Shown: in pieces, positions 60,305 to 64,000 of the stretch
How the letters are laid out: each line of letters starts with the position of its first letter
How positions within the stretch are numbered: position 1 is the first letter of the stretch
Source of the DNA: Candidatus Pampinifervens sinense
Lineage (GTDB): Bacteria; Aquificota; Aquificia; Aquificales; Aquificaceae
DNA: 64,000 nt
NCBI GenBank assembly: GCA_037927135.1
Contig: JAXSPP010000004.1
Coordinates: 64,001 to 128,000 of the forward strand
Direction of reading: 5' to 3'
Notes under the pieces: generated by a model
Told to the model about the DNA's origin: nothing
Database searches by the model: none
Seen by the model: the letters and a program-made list of their open reading frames with translations, nothing else
Program-made: the position numbers and the translations under genes

Positions 60305-61083
60305 AGGTCTGTCTAGTGGCAGGTGCTGGAGAACTTCCTAGGGTTTTTTTAAGAAAAGCAAAGGAAAAGGGCTCTGAAGTCTATGTAATAGGTGTAAAGG
60401 GCATAACAGATATTCCCGCCGATGAATACATACCTTTAGGAAAGGTGGGAAGGCTCATAAGAATCCTTGAAAGACAGGGGATTAATAAGATAGTTATGCT
60501 GGGCAAGTTTGAGCACAGCTTGATCTTTTCACACCTTTTGACCCTTGATGAGGTAGCACTTAAGATATTTCAAAAAGCCAAAGACAGGAAGCCTCAGACC
60601 CTTATAAAGGTGCTTATAGAGGAGTTAGAATCTATGGGCTTTGAATTTCCAGATCCAAGGCCCTTTCTAGAAGATCTTTTGGCACCAGCGGGCAGGATAT
60701 CTTCCGTTGACCCTTCTCCCTCAGCCATGGAGGATGGCCTTTGGGGCTTTCCAATAGCAAAGGAGATAGCAAGCCTTGATATAGGTCAGACTATTGTGGT
60801 AAAGGATAAGGCGGTGGTAAGTGTGGAGGCTATGGAGGGCACGCAGAAGGCTATAGAAAGGGCGGGTCAGGTGGCAGGAAAGGGTTGCAGAGTTATAAAG
60901 GTGGCAAGAAAAAGTCAAGATTTTAGGATAGATGTGCCGACGGTGGGACCTAAAACCATTGAAATAATAAGGAAGATAAAAGGAGATGCCCTTTTTTTGG
61001 AAGCTGGAAAGGTTTATGTGCTTGAGAGAGAAAGGCTCCAAAAGCTTGCAGATAGATACGGCATAGCCGTCTATGGACTTTGA
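60301..61083 (+). CDS. lpxI: UDP-2,3-diacylglucosamine diphosphatase LpxI
   Basis: [33 protein letters not shown]. Confidence 0.9.
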   Translation: MKVCLVAGAGELPRVFLRKAKEKGSEVYVIGVKGITDIPADEYIPLGKVGRLIRILERQGINKIVMLGKFEHSLIFSHLLTLDEVALKIFQKAKDRKPQTLIKVLIEELESMGFEFPDPRPFLEDLLAPAGRISSVDPSPSAMEDGLWGFPIAKEIASLDIGQTIVVKDKAVVSVEAMEGTQKAIERAGQVAGKGCRVIKVARKSQDFRIDVPTVGPKTIEIIRKIKGDALFLEAGKVYVLERERLQKLADRYGIAVYGL

Positions 61084-62720
61084 AGGAAAAAGTCAATAGC
61101 TTCCCTTGGACTTCCCTCAAAGACCATCCTACCCTCTTTGAAGACAACCACTCTGTCGCACCTTAAAAGGTTTGAAAACCTGTGTGCTACTATAACAAAG
61201 GTTTTATCTCGGAAGTGCTCAAAGAGGTTGTTTAAAACCTCCTCTTCTTTCTTTGCATCAAGGGCCGATGTGGCTTCATCAAGGAGTATTATCTCTGGAG
61301 ATTTTAAAAAAAGTCTTGCAATAGCAAGCCTTTGTTTTTCTCCTCCGGAGAGACTTTTAGGATCAATACGTTGATCAAGGCTTTTTACAAAATCGCATCC
61401 TGCTAACCTTAAAGCCTTCCAAAGATCTTCTTCTCCTTTTTCTACAATGAGATTCTCCCTTACCGTTCCAGGGAATATGAAGGGCTCCTGAGAGAGGAAA
61501 AGTATGATTTCCCTTAAGTCTTCTTTCTTTATTTTGCTTAACTCAACGCCGTCTATCTTTAAGCTCCCTTCATAGGGTAAAAGTCCCGCAAGCACCCTAA
61601 GAAAGGTGCTTTTTCCAGAGCCCGTATCGCCCATTATACCAAGCTTTTCCCCTTTCAATATAGAAAGGTTCACATCCCTCAAAAGCTCCTTTCCGTTTAT
61701 TTGAACATATAACCTTTCTGCCCTAATACCTTCCTTTATACCTTTCAGAGGAACTTCTCCTTCCTTCTCTTCCTCAAGGTTTAGAAGGTCCCTTATCCTT
61801 TTTATTACAGGCAGAGAGGACTTTAGCTCCATAAAGCCCTTTTGCATCTCCACAAGAGGATTTTGTAAGAAGACAAGGGCTGTTATGTACGATATGAAAT
61901 CTCCCGGTGTTAGTCCACCCTCCGCTATCCTATAACTACCATAGAGTATAACAAGGGCCGCCACCAGGTATCCAAAGGTGTAGTTGAATACAGAATTGAG
62001 GGCAAAATAGGCCTCAGACTTTAAACTGGATCTAAAAAGAATACTGTTTAATTGAGTAAACAAACCTTCAAAGAGCTTTGTAGCCTTCAGACCCCTTATG
62101 GTTTCAAAGCCAGAAAAGGAGCTAAAAAGTCTGTCTGCCACGCCTGCATAACTTTCCTGCGTCCTTTTGATATGCTTTCCTCTCTTTCTTCCAAAGTACC
62201 TGATGGCAAATATAAGTATAGGTATGAGAAGGGCGAGGTTTAGTGTAAGAAGCCAATCTCTGTAAAAGAGAACGCCTACTAAGAAGATGACGGTGATGGG
62301 ATCCCTTATCACCTTGGGTGCGTAGAACCCAATTAGGTTTCTATAGAGGTTCATGTCGGATATTATCCTTGAAGCAAGCTCACCTGGAGAGAGTCCAAGG
62401 AAGGTAGAATACTCTGCCTTAAGAAGCTTTCTAAAAGCTTCTTCTCTTAGCCTTTTGAGTTCAAGCTCCGTATACAAGGCCGAGAAAAAGGATGTGGTAA
62501 AATTGCCTACCTGTGAAAGTATGACAAAGGACATAAGACCGATGACTATCTTAAGTATCTCTTCCTTTTCTTTAAGAAGAAAAACTCTATCTACCAAGGA
62601 TTTTATCAAGAAGCTTACCCCCGCCGTACCGCTAGCTTCTAACAGAGATCCTATAAGGCTGAGCAGTAAAAAAGGCCAATAGGTTTTAAGCCGAAAAAAA
62701 ACCCACTTGATATGCTCCAT
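61071..62720 (-). CDS. ABC exporter ATP-binding/permease (MsbA-like)
   Basis: TM domain plus GDTGSGKS, LSGGEKQR, LLDEATSALD, AHR. Confidence 0.9.
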   Translation of the reverse strand: MEHIKWVFFRLKTYWPFLLLSLIGSLLEASGTAGVSFLIKSLVDRVFLLKEKEEILKIVIGLMSFVILSQVGNFTTSFFSALYTELELKRLREEAFRKLLKAEYSTFLGLSPGELASRIISDMNLYRNLIGFYAPKVIRDPITVIFLVGVLFYRDWLLTLNLALLIPILIFAIRYFGRKRGKHIKRTQESYAGVADRLFSSFSGFETIRGLKATKLFEGLFTQLNSILFRSSLKSEAYFALNSVFNYTFGYLVAALVILYGSYRIAEGGLTPGDFISYITALVFLQNPLVEMQKGFMELKSSLPVIKRIRDLLNLEEEKEGEVPLKGIKEGIRAERLYVQINGKELLRDVNLSILKGEKLGIMGDTGSGKSTFLRVLAGLLPYEGSLKIDGVELSKIKKEDLREIILFLSQEPFIFPGTVRENLIVEKGEEDLWKALRLAGCDFVKSLDQRIDPKSLSGGEKQRLAIARLFLKSPEIILLDEATSALDAKKEEEVLNNLFEHFRDKTFVIVAHRFSNLLRCDRVVVFKEGRMVFEGSPREAIDFFLQSP

Positions 62721-62747
62721 TGAAAAGACTATTTTATTAGAAAAACC

Positions 62748-62987
62748 ATGATAAGATGGCTAGTAGGCATAACTGTGGCCTTTTTGATCATAGACCACCT
62801 TTGGGTGCACTATGGTGGACCTATTATAGAGAAGTGGAGGGGGGAGTATAGGGAGGAGTTAAAAAAGGGTGGCGGTGAGGAGGTTCAAGTGCCCTTAGAG
62901 CAAGCCTACAGAAAGAGTATTTTGGATAGTCTTTGGGAAAGGATAAGAGAAGTTATAAGGAAGGATGATAAAAAGGAAGGAGGTTAG
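62748..62987 (+). CDS. small hypothetical membrane-anchored protein
   Basis: 79-aa ORF with N-terminal hydrophobic helix, ending 3 nt before ribBA. Confidence 0.65.
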   Translation: MIRWLVGITVAFLIIDHLWVHYGGPIIEKWRGEYREELKKGGGEEVQVPLEQAYRKSILDSLWERIREVIRKDDKKEGG

Positions 62988-62990
62988 AAG

Positions 62991-64000
62991 ATGGAGTTCA
63001 AGTTCAACACTATTGAAGAGGCCCTAGAAGACATAGCACAGGGTAAGATGGTCATAGTGGTGGATGACCCCGACAGAGAAAACGAAGGTGATCTTGTTAT
63101 GGCTGCCGAAAAGGTAACTCCAGAGGCTATAAACTTTATGGCAAAGTACGCAAGGGGCTTGATATGCCTTACCTTAACACCCCAAAGGTGCGAGGAGCTT
63201 GATCTGTACCCTATGGCCATAAGGAACACAGACCCTAAGGGTACCTACTTTTGCGTTTCCATAGATGCTCACCCCAGGTTTGGGACCACCACAGGTATAT
63301 CGGCCTACGATAGGGCTATAACCATAAAGCTAGCTGTAAGTCCAGATGCAAAGCCTAGCGATTTCATAAGGCCAGGGCATGTTTTTCCCCTTAAGGCTAG
63401 GCCAGGTGGAGTTCTAGAGAGGGCTGGCCACACAGAGGCAAGCGTAGATCTGGCAAGGCTTGCTGGACTTTATCCTGCTGGTGTCATATGTGAGATAATG
63501 AAGGATGATGGTACTATGGCCAGGCTTCCCGATCTTATGGAGTTTGCCAAGAGGTTTAATCTCAAGATAATAACCATAGCGGACCTGATAAGATACAGGC
63601 TAAGAAGGGAAAGGCTTGTGGTAAGGGAGGCAAGCGCCAACCTGCCTACAAAGTATGGCTTCTTTAGAATACACGCCTACAGGCATGTGCTTACAGGTGA
63701 AGAGCAGGTAGCCCTTACCATGGGTGAATGGAAGGAGGAAGAGCCTGTGCTTGTAAGGGTTCATTCTGAGTGCTTGACTGGTGATGTTTTCAAGTCTTTA
63801 AGGTGTGATTGTAGATCACAGTTGGAGTCTGCTATGGAAGCCATTGCTAAAGAGGGTAAAGGTGTGCTCGTGTATATACGCGGGCATGAGGGAAGAGGTA
63901 TAGGAATAGTCAATAAGATAAAGGCATATCAGTTGCAGGATATGGGTTATGATACGGTGGAGGCAAACGAGAAGATAGGCTATCCACCAGACCTTAGGGA
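62991..64000 (+). CDS. ribBA: bifunctional DHBP synthase / GTP cyclohydrolase II (partial, runs off window)
   Basis: Translated from ATG 62991: [56 protein letters not shown]. Confidence 0.96.
   Translation, partial: MEFKFNTIEEALEDIAQGKMVIVVDDPDRENEGDLVMAAEKVTPEAINFMAKYARGLICLTLTPQRCEELDLYPMAIRNTDPKGTYFCVSIDAHPRFGTTTGISAYDRAITIKLAVSPDAKPSDFIRPGHVFPLKARPGGVLERAGHTEASVDLARLAGLYPAGVICEIMKDDGTMARLPDLMEFAKRFNLKIITIADLIRYRLRRERLVVREASANLPTKYGFFRIHAYRHVLTGEEQVALTMGEWKEEEPVLVRVHSECLTGDVFKSLRCDCRSQLESAMEAIAKEGKGVLVYIRGHEGRGIGIVNKIKAYQLQDMGYDTVEANEKIGYPPDLR

Noticed and set aside
1-64000. CRISPR arrays, transposases, integrases, prophage, rRNA or tRNA genes
   Set aside because: None recognised; intergenic gaps are all under ~135 nt and no long repeats were seen by eye

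Overview
Gene-dense core-genome segment of a thermophilic Aquificaceae-type bacterium (Hydrogenobacter/Thermocrinis-like). This assignment is inferred from citryl-CoA lyase, a split class I fumarase, the N-terminally extended S19 and scrambled gene order. The window opens with the 3' end of tuf and the S10 ribosomal protein operon (rpsJ-rpsQ). About 55 mostly housekeeping genes follow: lptD, rpe, hom, argC, rplM/rpsI, cimA, dnaG, metE, tkt, valS, fabZ, trpS, motAB, flgA, folP/folE, cdaA/cdaR, lpxI, msbA-like and partial ribBA. It also holds a roadblock/DUF4388/small-GTPase module, a surface subtilase operon and an RND metal-efflux locus with its own two-component system. I saw no rRNA, tRNA, CRISPR, integrase or transposase. 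Most notable: (1) a half-size sulfur oxygenase reductase-like protein that keeps the Cys and His-His-Glu ligands; (2) a lipoate ligase fused to a Cys-rich domain and a PorD/ForD-like domain; (3) a subtilase preceded by a lipoprotein that is a stand-alone copy of its own prodomain; (4) the same GTTAA-N6-GTTAA box at identical spacing before two promoters of the efflux/TCS locus; (5) many apparently leaderless genes; (6) signs of a non-canonical folate route; (7) a PsiE-family gene broken by one in-frame TAG. Family assignments come from motif recognition by eye, not database searches.
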